NCBI GenBank assembly: GCA_963770895.1
Contig: CAVYRF010000002.1
Span: forward strand, 32,001-96,000
Direction: 5' to 3'
Source: an uncultured Acidobacteriota bacterium
Lineage (GTDB): Bacteria; Acidobacteriota; Thermoanaerobaculia; Multivoradales; UBA5704
Length of the DNA stretch: 64,000 bases
Made by a program: the position numbers and the translations under genes. Below, in pieces: positions 43,787 through 52,806 of the stretch (positions are counted from its first letter, which is position 1; each line of letters opens with the position of its first letter). Below the pieces are notes generated by a model, which was not told where the DNA came from, did not search any database, and saw nothing but the letters and a program-made list of their open reading frames with translations.

Positions 43787-44272
43787 ATGCGACTGAGGAG
43801 AGAGACATTCACCACCGCCATCGCCGTCCTGGCCGTCATGGCCATGGTCGCCGGCCCGCTCGCGGCCCAGGCTGACCAGGCGGCGGCCGCCACCACCCCC
43901 ACGCCGCACCAGGGGATGATGCTGCAGCGGTTGACCACCAAGCTCAGCCTCTCCGAGGAACAGCAGGCTTCGGCGAAGTCGCTCTTCGCGGAGATGCAGA
44001 CCAAGCTGCAGCCGCTCCAGGCCGCCCAGAAGCAGCTGCACACGCAGTTGAAGGCCGCCCTCGGCGCCGCCACTCCGGACGCCGCCACGGTTGGCCAGGC
44101 CGTCATCTCGATGCACCAGAACCGGGCCCAGATCAAGCCCATCATGCAGTCGTATCACCAGCAGTTTGAAGCGTTGCTCAACGCCGATCAGCTTGCGACC
44201 TACAAGCAGATGCTGGCGGCTCATTCCCACCTCAGGCACGCTCGGGTCCCGGCCAATACCCAGACCCAGTAG
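43787..44272 (+). CDS. Spy/CpxP-family periplasmic protein
   Basis: Signal peptide; LSLSEEQ and LNADQ (LTxxQ-like) motifs; AAGGAG RBS. Confidence 0.8.
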   Translation: MRLRRETFTTAIAVLAVMAMVAGPLAAQADQAAAATTPTPHQGMMLQRLTTKLSLSEEQQASAKSLFAEMQTKLQPLQAAQKQLHTQLKAALGAATPDAATVGQAVISMHQNRAQIKPIMQSYHQQFEALLNADQLATYKQMLAAHSHLRHARVPANTQTQ

Positions 44273-44573
44273 CTGGCCTCCCATCCCCTATCCGCACTCG
44301 AACCCCCCGCTCCCCCAGGTCCGATCCAGTCGCGATCGTGCCAGGAGGAGTAGGGGGGTTCCCCGCCTTTCTGCCCCGCTCGCTCCAACCGGTACTCCGC
44401 TCCGGCCCCCAGGCCACCCCCAGCGCGACAGCCCCGCCGATTCCTCCCGGCCCGCACCAGGCCATGGCGCCCGGCGCACGGCGTGCCGCCGGTAGCCGGA
44501 AACCCGGCGCCCGGACCCGGATATTCGTCAGGGAACCGGCCGGCGCCGCTCGCGGCACCGAGGAGGAGCAGCA

Positions 44574-46994
44574 GTGGAAACCCTTTGGCAAGACGTCCGC
44601 TTCGCCGTGCGCGACCTGCGCAAGACCCCGGCGTTCACCGCCGTCGCCCTGCTGGCGCTGGCGCTGGGCATCGGCGCCAACGCCGCGATCTTCAGCGTCG
44701 TGCGCGGCGTGCTGCTCAAGCCGCTCCCCTACGGCGAGCCGGACCGCCTGATCGCGGTGATGGAATCCAATCCCGCGATCGGCCTGCCGCGCTTCAACGT
44801 CTCGCTGCCCAACTTCGCCGACTGGCGGCAGGACAACCACGTCTTCGCGACGCTGGTCGCCGCCCGCACCGCCGGCTTCAGCCTGACCGCGCCGGGCCGC
44901 GAGCCCGAGCGCCTGCGCGGCGCCAAGGTGACGGCCGGCTTCCAGGACCTGCTGCGCACCCCGATGCTGCTCGGCCGCGCCTTCACCCCCGGCGAGGAAA
45001 AGCCCGGCGCCGAGCCCGTGGCCATCGTCTCGGAAACCCTGTGGCGGCGGGTCTGGAGCGGCGACCCGAAGATCCTGGGCCGCGCCGTCGTGCTGGACGG
45101 CCAGCCTTACACGGTGGTCGGCGTGCTGCCGCGCGACCTGGCGCTCCCCGCCGCAGCCGACGTCTGGGTGCCGCTGCCGATGCAGGTCGAGGAATCGGAG
45201 CGCGGCGCGCACCGCTTCCTGGCCTGGGGCCGTCTGGCGCCCGGCGTCACCCTGGCGCAGGCGCAGGGGGAGATGAGCGGCATCGCCGCGCGCCTGGCGC
45301 GTGCCCACCCGGTCCATAACGACGGCTGGGGGGTCCTCCTGCAGCCGCTGACCGACCAGGTGGTCGAGGACGTCCGCCCGGCCCTGCGGGTGCTGATGGG
45401 CACCGTCGTCCTGGTGCTGCTCATCGCCTGCGCCAACGTCGCCAACCTGCTGCTGGCGCGCATGGCGCGGCGCGAGCGCGAAGTGGCGTTGCGCGGCGCG
45501 CTGGGGGCCAGCCGCGGCCGCCTGCTGCGCCAGCTGCTCACCGAAAGCATGCTGCTGTCGGGCGCCGGCGGCGCCGCCGGCCTGCTGCTCGCCGCCTGGG
45601 GCACGCACGCCCTGCTGGCGCTCGCGGGCAGCAGGATCCCGCGCGCCGGGAGCATCCACCTGGACGCCGCCGCGCTGGTGTTCACCTTCACCCTGTCGCT
45701 GGTGACCGGGTTGGTCTTCGGCCTGCTCCCCGCCCTCCAGGCGTCCAACCACGACCTGCAGGGGGCGCTCAAGGCCGGCGGCAGGTCGTCGACCGGCGGC
45801 ACCCGCGCGCGCCTGGCACGCAGCGCCTTGGTCTTCGTAGAGGTGGCGCTGGCGCTCGTGCTGCTCGCCGGCTCGGGCCTCCTGCTGCGCAGCTACCGCG
45901 GCGTGTCGCGCCTCGACCCCGGCTTCGACCCGCACGGCCTGCTCACCCTGAGGGTCGGCCTGCCGCACTCGCGCTACGCCCAGGACGCGCAGCAGATCGC
46001 CTTCTTCGACGGCCTGCTGCGCCGCGTCCAGGCACTGCCGGGAGTGCTCTCGGCCGCCGCCGCCACGCCGCTGCCGCTGTCCGGCGAGGTCTTCAACCTC
46101 ACCTATGCCGTCGCGGGCCGGCCGCCGGTGCGCCCCCAGGACGACCCGAACGCCAACATCCGCCTGGTCACGCCCGACTACCTGCGCACCCTGCGCGTGC
46201 CGCAGCTCCGCGGCAGGGGCCTGCTGCCGTCGGACGACGCCAAGGCGCCGGCCGTGGCGCTCATCAACCAGGCGATGGCGCGGCGCCTGTTCCCACGCGA
46301 AGACCCGCTCGGCAAGCGTTTTACCTTCGACACCCCGGCCCGCGCCGGCGCCCTCTGGCGGACGATCGTGGGCATCGTCGGCAACGTGCGCCACGCCAAG
46401 CTCACCGCCCTGCCCGACTCGGAGATCTACCTGCCGATGGCGCAGTGGGCGGCCGACAACGCCACCGTGGTGGTGCGCGCCGCCGGCGATCCGGGCCAGC
46501 TCGCCGGCCCGCTGCGCGCGGCGCTCCACGATCAGGACCCCGAGCTGGCGGCGTGGCGGACCCAGTCGATGGACGAGGTGGTCGCCGACTCGATCGGCGG
46601 CCAGCGCTTCAACACCTTGCTGCTGGCCCTCTTCGCCGCCATCGCCCTGGTGCTGGCGGCGGTCGGCGTCTACGGCGTGATCAGCTACTCGGTCACCCAG
46701 CGCACCCCCGAGATCGGCGTCCGGCTGGCCCTGGGCGCCTCCCCGGCCGGCGTCCTGCGCCTGGTGATCGTCCAGGGAATGCAGCCGGTCCTCCTGGGCA
46801 TCGCCGCCGGCCTCGCCGGCACCCTGGTCACCGGCCGCCTGCTCGATACCCTCCTCTACGGCGTCACCGCCCGCGATCCCCTCACCCTGGCGGCGGTGCC
46901 AACCCTCCTGGGCGCCATCGCCCTGCTCGCCACCTGGCTGCCCGGCCGCCGCGCCACGCGCGTCAATCCCGTCGTGGCGCTGCGGCACCAGTAG
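44574..46994 (+). CDS. ADOP-type duplicated MacB/FtsX ABC permease
   Basis: QDVRFAVR, LALGIGANAAIFS, LLIACANVANLLLAR, EIGVRLALGA, VNPVVALR. Confidence 0.95.
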   Translation: METLWQDVRFAVRDLRKTPAFTAVALLALALGIGANAAIFSVVRGVLLKPLPYGEPDRLIAVMESNPAIGLPRFNVSLPNFADWRQDNHVFATLVAARTAGFSLTAPGREPERLRGAKVTAGFQDLLRTPMLLGRAFTPGEEKPGAEPVAIVSETLWRRVWSGDPKILGRAVVLDGQPYTVVGVLPRDLALPAAADVWVPLPMQVEESERGAHRFLAWGRLAPGVTLAQAQGEMSGIAARLARAHPVHNDGWGVLLQPLTDQVVEDVRPALRVLMGTVVLVLLIACANVANLLLARMARREREVALRGALGASRGRLLRQLLTESMLLSGAGGAAGLLLAAWGTHALLALAGSRIPRAGSIHLDAAALVFTFTLSLVTGLVFGLLPALQASNHDLQGALKAGGRSSTGGTRARLARSALVFVEVALALVLLAGSGLLLRSYRGVSRLDPGFDPHGLLTLRVGLPHSRYAQDAQQIAFFDGLLRRVQALPGVLSAAAATPLPLSGEVFNLTYAVAGRPPVRPQDDPNANIRLVTPDYLRTLRVPQLRGRGLLPSDDAKAPAVALINQAMARRLFPREDPLGKRFTFDTPARAGALWRTIVGIVGNVRHAKLTALPDSEIYLPMAQWAADNATVVVRAAGDPGQLAGPLRAALHDQDPELAAWRTQSMDEVVADSIGGQRFNTLLLALFAAIALVLAAVGVYGVISYSVTQRTPEIGVRLALGASPAGVLRLVIVQGMQPVLLGIAAGLAGTLVTGRLLDTLLYGVTARDPLTLAAVPTLLGAIALLATWLPGRRATRVNPVVALRHQ

Positions 46995-47377
46995 CAAATT
47001 CATGACTCAGCGCACTGGATTTAGATAAGGAATGAAGTTGGTAATCCTGCTGCCGCGCTCGGGATCGTCCCTGGGCGATCGGCAGTACCCCTTTTCAAAA
47101 CGAGGAGACATGCCATGCGGATGAGCGGCAAGAGCAAGAAGCTGCGCCTCAGCAGCGAGACGTTGTGCCACCTGGCCAACCCGACGCTCGGACAGGCGGT
47201 GGGTGGGACGGCCACCAATGGCGCCGGCTGCACCAACGCGACGCTCTGTTACAGCGGCTGTAACAACACCTGCCTGCCAGGCTGCTACCAGAGCCAGGGC
47301 GACTGCGGCAGCCGCCTCTGCTAGCTGCCAGCTGTCTGTGAGGCGCGCGTGCATCGATCCCGTCGTGGCGCTGCGGC
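46966..47377 (+). repeat. 21-bp direct repeat ATCCCGTCGTGGCGCTGCGGC
   Basis: Copies at 46966-46986 (permease 3' end) and 47357-47377, bracketing the peptide gene. Confidence 0.85.
47115..47324 (+). CDS. RiPP precursor peptide (double-glycine leader, Cys/Ser/Thr-rich core)
   Basis: GAGGAG RBS; leader KKLRLSSETL..L..AVGG; 38-aa core with 7 Cys and 8 Ser/Thr. Confidence 0.8.
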   Translation: MRMSGKSKKLRLSSETLCHLANPTLGQAVGGTATNGAGCTNATLCYSGCNNTCLPGCYQSQGDCGSRLC

Positions 47378-47493
47378 GCCGGCAGGCAGGTGCTGCCGCC
47401 GCGGCGCGCGGCTGTATCGATTTTGCCAAAGTGCGACACAACTCCTTTTGATACCCTGGCCATCTCGGCCATTGGGGGGAGAAAGGAGCCTGG

Positions 47494-47868
47494 ATGAAGA
47501 TCAGAGCTGCTTTGCTGTGCGTCCTCGCATTGACGCTTCTGGGGTCGATCGCCACGGCGGCGGAGCCCGCACCGGCCGCCAGCACGCCCGCCGCTGCCTT
47601 GCCGGCCGCGCCGGCGGTCGCCTGGCCGGCGAGCATCACCCCCGTGGTACCCTCGGGCTGCGGCGCTGCCACCTTCTCTCTGCCCAAGGTGACCAACTTC
47701 ACCCCGGCGGCCGGCGCGGCCTCCACCCAGGTCTGCGGTTCCTGCAGCCCCCTCCCCTGTCAGGGGCACTTCGTGAACGGCTCCTGCGGCAAGGGGCTGA
47801 CCTGCTTCAACTACAACAACTGCTCGGACAACTCCATCTGGTGCGTCTGCGGCAGCTATAACCCTTAG
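47494..47868 (+). CDS. Secreted Cys-rich miniprotein
   Basis: AAGGAG RBS; Sec signal, Ala/Pro linker, C-terminal 8-Cys domain. Confidence 0.8.
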   Translation: MKIRAALLCVLALTLLGSIATAAEPAPAASTPAAALPAAPAVAWPASITPVVPSGCGAATFSLPKVTNFTPAAGAASTQVCGSCSPLPCQGHFVNGSCGKGLTCFNYNNCSDNSIWCVCGSYNP

Positions 47869-48096
47869 CGGCCCCTGGAGTCCCCTGGAGTCTCTCGGAA
47901 TCCAGTTGGGTACCTGACCGACCGGGTGTGGCCGCGGCGCCGGGACCCCGCGGTTCGGTCGGCCGATCGCCTAGCGAGGCCGGGGGCCGGGCGCGAAGTC
48001 GGGTTGCTGGTAGGTTAGACTGTCTGCCGCGGTCCGGCTGGCACCGATCGGCGCCAGCCGGCCGGGCCGGCTGCCGGCGACGCCACGCACCGATCC

Positions 48097-49782
48097 ATGC
48101 TCCCACCCTCCCCGCACCGCACCGCAGGCGCCAACTCGACCAAGCCCAAAGGCAGGAACCGCCTGCCGGTGGCTGCCCGTCTGCCGCTGCCGCTGGCCCT
48201 GGCGCGGACTGTGGCGCTGGCGGCGGTGGTGACGGCGCTGCTGGCGCCGCCGGCGGCGGCGCAGGATCTCAAGTCGTACGAGGCGCGCACGACGGTGCAC
48301 GTGCTGGCCAACGGCTGGACGTTTATCCTGGTCGAGCGGCCGATGGCGCCGGTGTTTTCGTTCTGCACCGTGGCCGCCGTCGGCTCGTCCCAGGAGGTGC
48401 CGGGGATCACCGGCCTGGCCCACATGTTCGAGCACATGGCGTTCAAGGGCACAGATCGCATCGGCACCCGCGACCCGGCGACGGAAAAGGTCGCGATGGA
48501 CGCCGAAGAGGCCGCCTACCAGGAGTACCAGCGCCAGCGCCTGGCGCCGCACGCCGACGCGGCGCGGGTGGCGGCGCTATTTGCCGACTTCAAGCAGCGT
48601 GAGGCCGCGGCCGAAAAGCTGGTGGTCAAGAACGAGCTGGACGACATCCTGTCGCGTGCCGGTGCCGTGGGCGTCAACGCCGACACCAGCGTCGACCAGA
48701 CGGAATACTTCTATTCGCTCCCCGCCAACGAGATCGAGCTGTTCGCCTACATCGAGTCGGAGCGCTTCTGGCACCCGGTGTTCCGCGAGTTCTACGAGGA
48801 GCGCGACGTGGTGCAGGAAGAGCGCCGCATGCGCATCGACGGCGACCCCAACGGCCGCCTGTACGACCAGCTGGTGGCGACCGCGTTCGTGGCCCATCCT
48901 TACCACCAGCCGACGATCGGCTACATGAGCGATCTCGAATCGATCACCCGCACCGACGCCGAAGCGTTCTTCCGCTCCCACTACGTGCCGGCCGCCATGG
49001 TCACCGCGATCGTCGGCGACATCCACCCGCAGACCCTGGTGCCGCTGCTCGACAAGTACTTTGGCCGCATCCCGGCGCGCCCGCCGGCGCCGCCCCTGCG
49101 CACCGTCGAGCCGCCGCAGACCGCCGCCAAGACCGTGCGCATGCCGGACCCGGCGCAGCCACAGGTGCTGGTGGCCTACCACCGCCCCGCGGTGACCGAC
49201 CGCGACGACGCGGTGTACGACGCGCTGGACGACGTGCTGACCGGCGGCCGCACCTCGCGCCTGTACCGCTCCCTGGTGCGCGACCAGAAAACGGCGGTCG
49301 AAGTCGAGTCGTTCTCCGGCCTGCCCGGCGATCGCTACCCCAACCTGTGGACGGTGGCGATGGTGCCGGCTGCGGGCGTAGGCGGCGACGAGCTGGTCGC
49401 CGGGCTCGACGCCGAGCTGAGCCGCCTGCAGAGCGAAGACGTGACCGACGCCGAGCTGGCCAAGTTCAGGGCGCGGGCTCGCGCCACGGTGCTGCGTTCG
49501 GTGGGCAGCAACCTGGGGCTGGCCACGGCGCTGGCGCACTACCAGACCCTGTTCGGCGATTGGCGCGAGCTGTTCCACGACCTCGACCGCATCGACCGCG
49601 TGACCCAGGCGGACATCCGGCGCGTCGCCGCGTCGCTGGCGCCGGCCAGCCGCACCGCGGCGATGATCGTTACCCAGGGCAACGACGAGCCGGGCACCCA
49701 GGCGGTGCCGGCCGGCGCCAACGCGTCCGCGGCGACACCGACGCCGACACCGACATCGCGCCAGACGGCGGATCGCCCATGA
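48097..49782 (+). CDS. M16 zinc peptidase, catalytic subunit
   Basis: GLAHMFEHMAFKG (HxxEH); EERR; signal-like N-terminus; start uncertain. Confidence 0.93.
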   Translation: MLPPSPHRTAGANSTKPKGRNRLPVAARLPLPLALARTVALAAVVTALLAPPAAAQDLKSYEARTTVHVLANGWTFILVERPMAPVFSFCTVAAVGSSQEVPGITGLAHMFEHMAFKGTDRIGTRDPATEKVAMDAEEAAYQEYQRQRLAPHADAARVAALFADFKQREAAAEKLVVKNELDDILSRAGAVGVNADTSVDQTEYFYSLPANEIELFAYIESERFWHPVFREFYEERDVVQEERRMRIDGDPNGRLYDQLVATAFVAHPYHQPTIGYMSDLESITRTDAEAFFRSHYVPAAMVTAIVGDIHPQTLVPLLDKYFGRIPARPPAPPLRTVEPPQTAAKTVRMPDPAQPQVLVAYHRPAVTDRDDAVYDALDDVLTGGRTSRLYRSLVRDQKTAVEVESFSGLPGDRYPNLWTVAMVPAAGVGGDELVAGLDAELSRLQSEDVTDAELAKFRARARATVLRSVGSNLGLATALAHYQTLFGDWRELFHDLDRIDRVTQADIRRVAASLAPASRTAAMIVTQGNDEPGTQAVPAGANASAATPTPTPTSRQTADRP

Positions 49783-51350
49783 CGCGCGCCGCCCGCCGCC
49801 CGCCGCTGCCGTCGCTCGCCGCTGCTGTCGCGCCCCTCGCGCTCATCGCCATCATCGCGGCCGGCGCCACCGCCGGTGCCGCCCAGGCGCAGGTCGCCAC
49901 CGTGCAGGAGCTGCACTACCCGCCGGCACCGCATTTCACCGCCCCGCAGCCGCAGCGGGTGGTGCTCGACAACGGCATGGTGGTCATGCTGCTCGAAGAT
50001 CACGAGCTGCCGCTGATCACCGTCTCCGCGCTGCTGCGGGCGGGCTCCCGCCTGGATCCGCCCGGCAAGCTGGGATTGGCGTCGCTCACCGGCGACCTGC
50101 TGCGCAGCAGCGGCGTCACGCGGCTGGCCGGCGGCGGCCACGGCGACCCGGCAAACCGCGACGGACTGAGCGGCGACGAGCTGGACGACCGCCTGGAAGC
50201 CAATGCCGCCACGGTGGACGTGGACGTCGGCGAAGACTCCGCCGCCGCCACGCTGTCGACGCCGCGCGCCGCCTTTGCCGAGCTCCTGCCGGTGTTCGCC
50301 GCCATGTTGCGCGAGCCGGCCTTCGGCGACGACAAGCTGGACCTGGCCAAGAACTTCACCAAGGCGCGCCTGGCGCGCCAGAACGACGACGTGGACGATC
50401 TGGCCGCGCGCGAGATCGCGCGCCTGATCTACGGCGCCGATTCCGTCTATGGGCGCACTCCGACCATCTCCACGGTCGAGGCCGTCACGCTGCAGGACGT
50501 CGTCAACTGGCACCGCACCTACATGCATCCCGAGAGCATCGTGCTCGGCCTGGTCGGCGACTTCCAGACCGCCGACGCGCTGCGCGCCGTGCGCGCCGTC
50601 TTCGGCGACTGGCCGCGCGGCGCCGCCGCCACGGCCGCTCCTATCGCCGCTCCCGCCGCCGCCGCGCCGCCCGCTGCCCAGGCGAGCTTCCCCTACGCCC
50701 GCCAGCCGAACCCCGGCCTCTTCGTGATGGACAAGAACGACCTCTCCCAATCGAGCGTCCTCATGGGGCACCTGGGAGTGGTGCGCAGCGATCCCGACTA
50801 CTGCGCCCTGCAGGTGCTCGACGAGGTGATCGGCGGCTCCTTCACGTCGCGGCTGGTCGCCCACATCCGCACCGAAAAGGGGCTCGCCTACGACGTGGAA
50901 GGCTCGGTCGGCGCCGAATGGGATCATCCAGGGCTGGCGCTGCTCAGCATGTCGACCCAGGCCCGCACCACCGCCGGCGGCCTCGCGGCGCTGCTCGCCG
51001 AAGCGCGCGACCTGACCGCCGTGCCGCCCACCGACGACGAGGTGGCGCGCGCCCGCCAGAGCATCCTGGCGTCCTTCATCTTTCGCTCCGACTCGCCGGC
51101 AAAGGTGCTCGACCAGCAGCTGACGCTGGAGCTGTACGGCTACCCGCTGGACTGGCAGGAGCGCTATCGCGCGGGAGTCCAGGCGGTGACCGCCGAAGCC
51201 GTGCGCCAGGCGGCTGCCCGCCACATCCATCCCGACCAGTTCACCATCCTGGTCATCGGCCCGGAACAGACCCGCGACCCCGCGCTCGCCAACTTCGGCA
51301 AGGTCACCGCCCTGCCGCTGCCCGACCCAGCCGGGCAAGCCCGGCGGTAA
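49779..51350 (+). CDS. M16 peptidase, non-catalytic partner subunit
   Basis: LDNGM..EDHELP, no HxxEH, SRL..IRTEKGLAY; ATGA overlap. Confidence 0.9.
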   Translation: MTRAARRPPLPSLAAAVAPLALIAIIAAGATAGAAQAQVATVQELHYPPAPHFTAPQPQRVVLDNGMVVMLLEDHELPLITVSALLRAGSRLDPPGKLGLASLTGDLLRSSGVTRLAGGGHGDPANRDGLSGDELDDRLEANAATVDVDVGEDSAAATLSTPRAAFAELLPVFAAMLREPAFGDDKLDLAKNFTKARLARQNDDVDDLAAREIARLIYGADSVYGRTPTISTVEAVTLQDVVNWHRTYMHPESIVLGLVGDFQTADALRAVRAVFGDWPRGAAATAAPIAAPAAAAPPAAQASFPYARQPNPGLFVMDKNDLSQSSVLMGHLGVVRSDPDYCALQVLDEVIGGSFTSRLVAHIRTEKGLAYDVEGSVGAEWDHPGLALLSMSTQARTTAGGLAALLAEARDLTAVPPTDDEVARARQSILASFIFRSDSPAKVLDQQLTLELYGYPLDWQERYRAGVQAVTAEAVRQAAARHIHPDQFTILVIGPEQTRDPALANFGKVTALPLPDPAGQARR

Positions 51351-51480
51351 ATGCTACACGCCGGTCTCCCGTAGGATCGACCGCCTGCCGGTCGATCGGC
51401 GGCCGCCGGCAGCCACCCGCGGCGTCACCGGGAGGCCGGGCTCGACCCTACCCGGCCGGGATCTGCCGGTGCCTGGCGCG

Positions 51481-51496
51481 TGGCACGAGACATGCA
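51481..51496 (+). promoter_or_regulatory. Sigma54 -24/-12 promoter
   Basis: TGGCACGAGACATGCA with GG-N10-GC spacing. Confidence 0.65.
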
Positions 51497-51512
51497 CAAA
51501 TTGCCACCAGAC

Positions 51513-52799
51513 ATGACGACCACTCGACCCGGCCCAATGCCCGCGGCTGGCTCCCCGACCGTCCTGGGGGGCTCCTTGCTGCCGGGAACCCTGCTGCTCG
51601 ACGCCGCGGGCAAGCCCGCCAGCGCCGATGCGCGGGCGCTGGCGCTTTTGGGCTGCGGCGACGTTGCGGCCCTCGCCTGCCGCTGGGCCGACGTCGCGCC
51701 GCTGCTGGCGACGGCGGGATTGCGCTTGCAACCGCATGGCGCCGGCGCCGCCCGGCCCGAGCGGCAGGGGCCGCCCGCTGACCAGGCCGGCTGGCCGCAC
51801 GCGGACGATGGAACTTCCTGCGTCGTCGAGCTGCCGCCCGCCGCTGCCGCGGCGCCGCCGGGAGCCGCGCAGCGCTTGCGCGCGTCGCTGGTCCAGCTGT
51901 GTCCGGCCAACGGCAGCGCCGGCCCGGCGGCGACGCTGCTGCTGCTGGCCGACGCCGACCGCGGCGCCGCGGTCGAAAGCGACCTGCGCGCCGCCTCGCA
52001 GATGCGGTCGCTGGCGCAGATCGCGCCGTCCGTGGCGCACGACTTGCGGGCGCCGATCAATGCCATGTCGCTCAACCTGGAGCTGCTCAAGGAGACGCTC
52101 GACGCCGCCACCGGCCCCGCCGGCGTGCCGGCGAGCGTCGCGGCGCGCGATCCCGGCGCGCGGCGCCAGCGTTACGTCGGCGTGGTGCGCGACGAGCTGG
52201 CGCGGCTGCACCAGTCGCTGGAGCTCTACATCGCCCACATCGCCGCCGGCAGCGATCGCCTCGAAGTGCTCGACCTGCGCGACGCGGCGCGCGACATGGC
52301 GGCGCTGCTGCGCCCGCCCGCCCGCAAGCAGATCGTCGGCGTCGAGCTGCTGGCGCCGGACGCGCCGGTGCCGGTCCTGGCGCAGCGCTCGATGCTGCGC
52401 CAGGCCCTGCTGCACTTAGGCCTTGCCGTGCTGGCGTCGGCGCAGCGCCAGGGGGTCGTCGAGATCCGCCTGGAGCGGCCGCTGCCCGGCCGCGCGCACC
52501 TGGTCATCGCCGCCGCGCCGCTGCCCGGAGGGGGTGCCAGCGCCGCCGCCGATGCGCGTGCCGGGGCGCCGCTGACGGCGCCCCCGGCGCTATCGTTTTC
52601 GGCCGGCGGCACCGAAGCCAGGATGGCCGTGGCGCAAGCCGCGCTGGCCTCCTTCGGCGCCAGCGTGCAGTGGGTTCGCGGTGATGCCGCCGGCGGTCCG
52701 GCGGCGGCGGTCGACCGGCCGCTGGAGGGACACGGCACCGCCGGCCCCGACGCCGCCGCGGTCGTTGAGATAGACTGGCCCCTATCCGAAGCCAACTGA
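51513..52799 (+). CDS. Histidine-kinase-like protein with degenerate ATPase domain
   Basis: H-box AHDLRAPINAM; N and G boxes not recognisable; start uncertain. Confidence 0.75.
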   Translation: MTTTRPGPMPAAGSPTVLGGSLLPGTLLLDAAGKPASADARALALLGCGDVAALACRWADVAPLLATAGLRLQPHGAGAARPERQGPPADQAGWPHADDGTSCVVELPPAAAAAPPGAAQRLRASLVQLCPANGSAGPAATLLLLADADRGAAVESDLRAASQMRSLAQIAPSVAHDLRAPINAMSLNLELLKETLDAATGPAGVPASVAARDPGARRQRYVGVVRDELARLHQSLELYIAHIAAGSDRLEVLDLRDAARDMAALLRPPARKQIVGVELLAPDAPVPVLAQRSMLRQALLHLGLAVLASAQRQGVVEIRLERPLPGRAHLVIAAAPLPGGGASAAADARAGAPLTAPPALSFSAGGTEARMAVAQAALASFGASVQWVRGDAAGGPAAAVDRPLEGHGTAGPDAAAVVEIDWPLSEAN

Positions 52800-52806
52800 G
52801 GAACCG

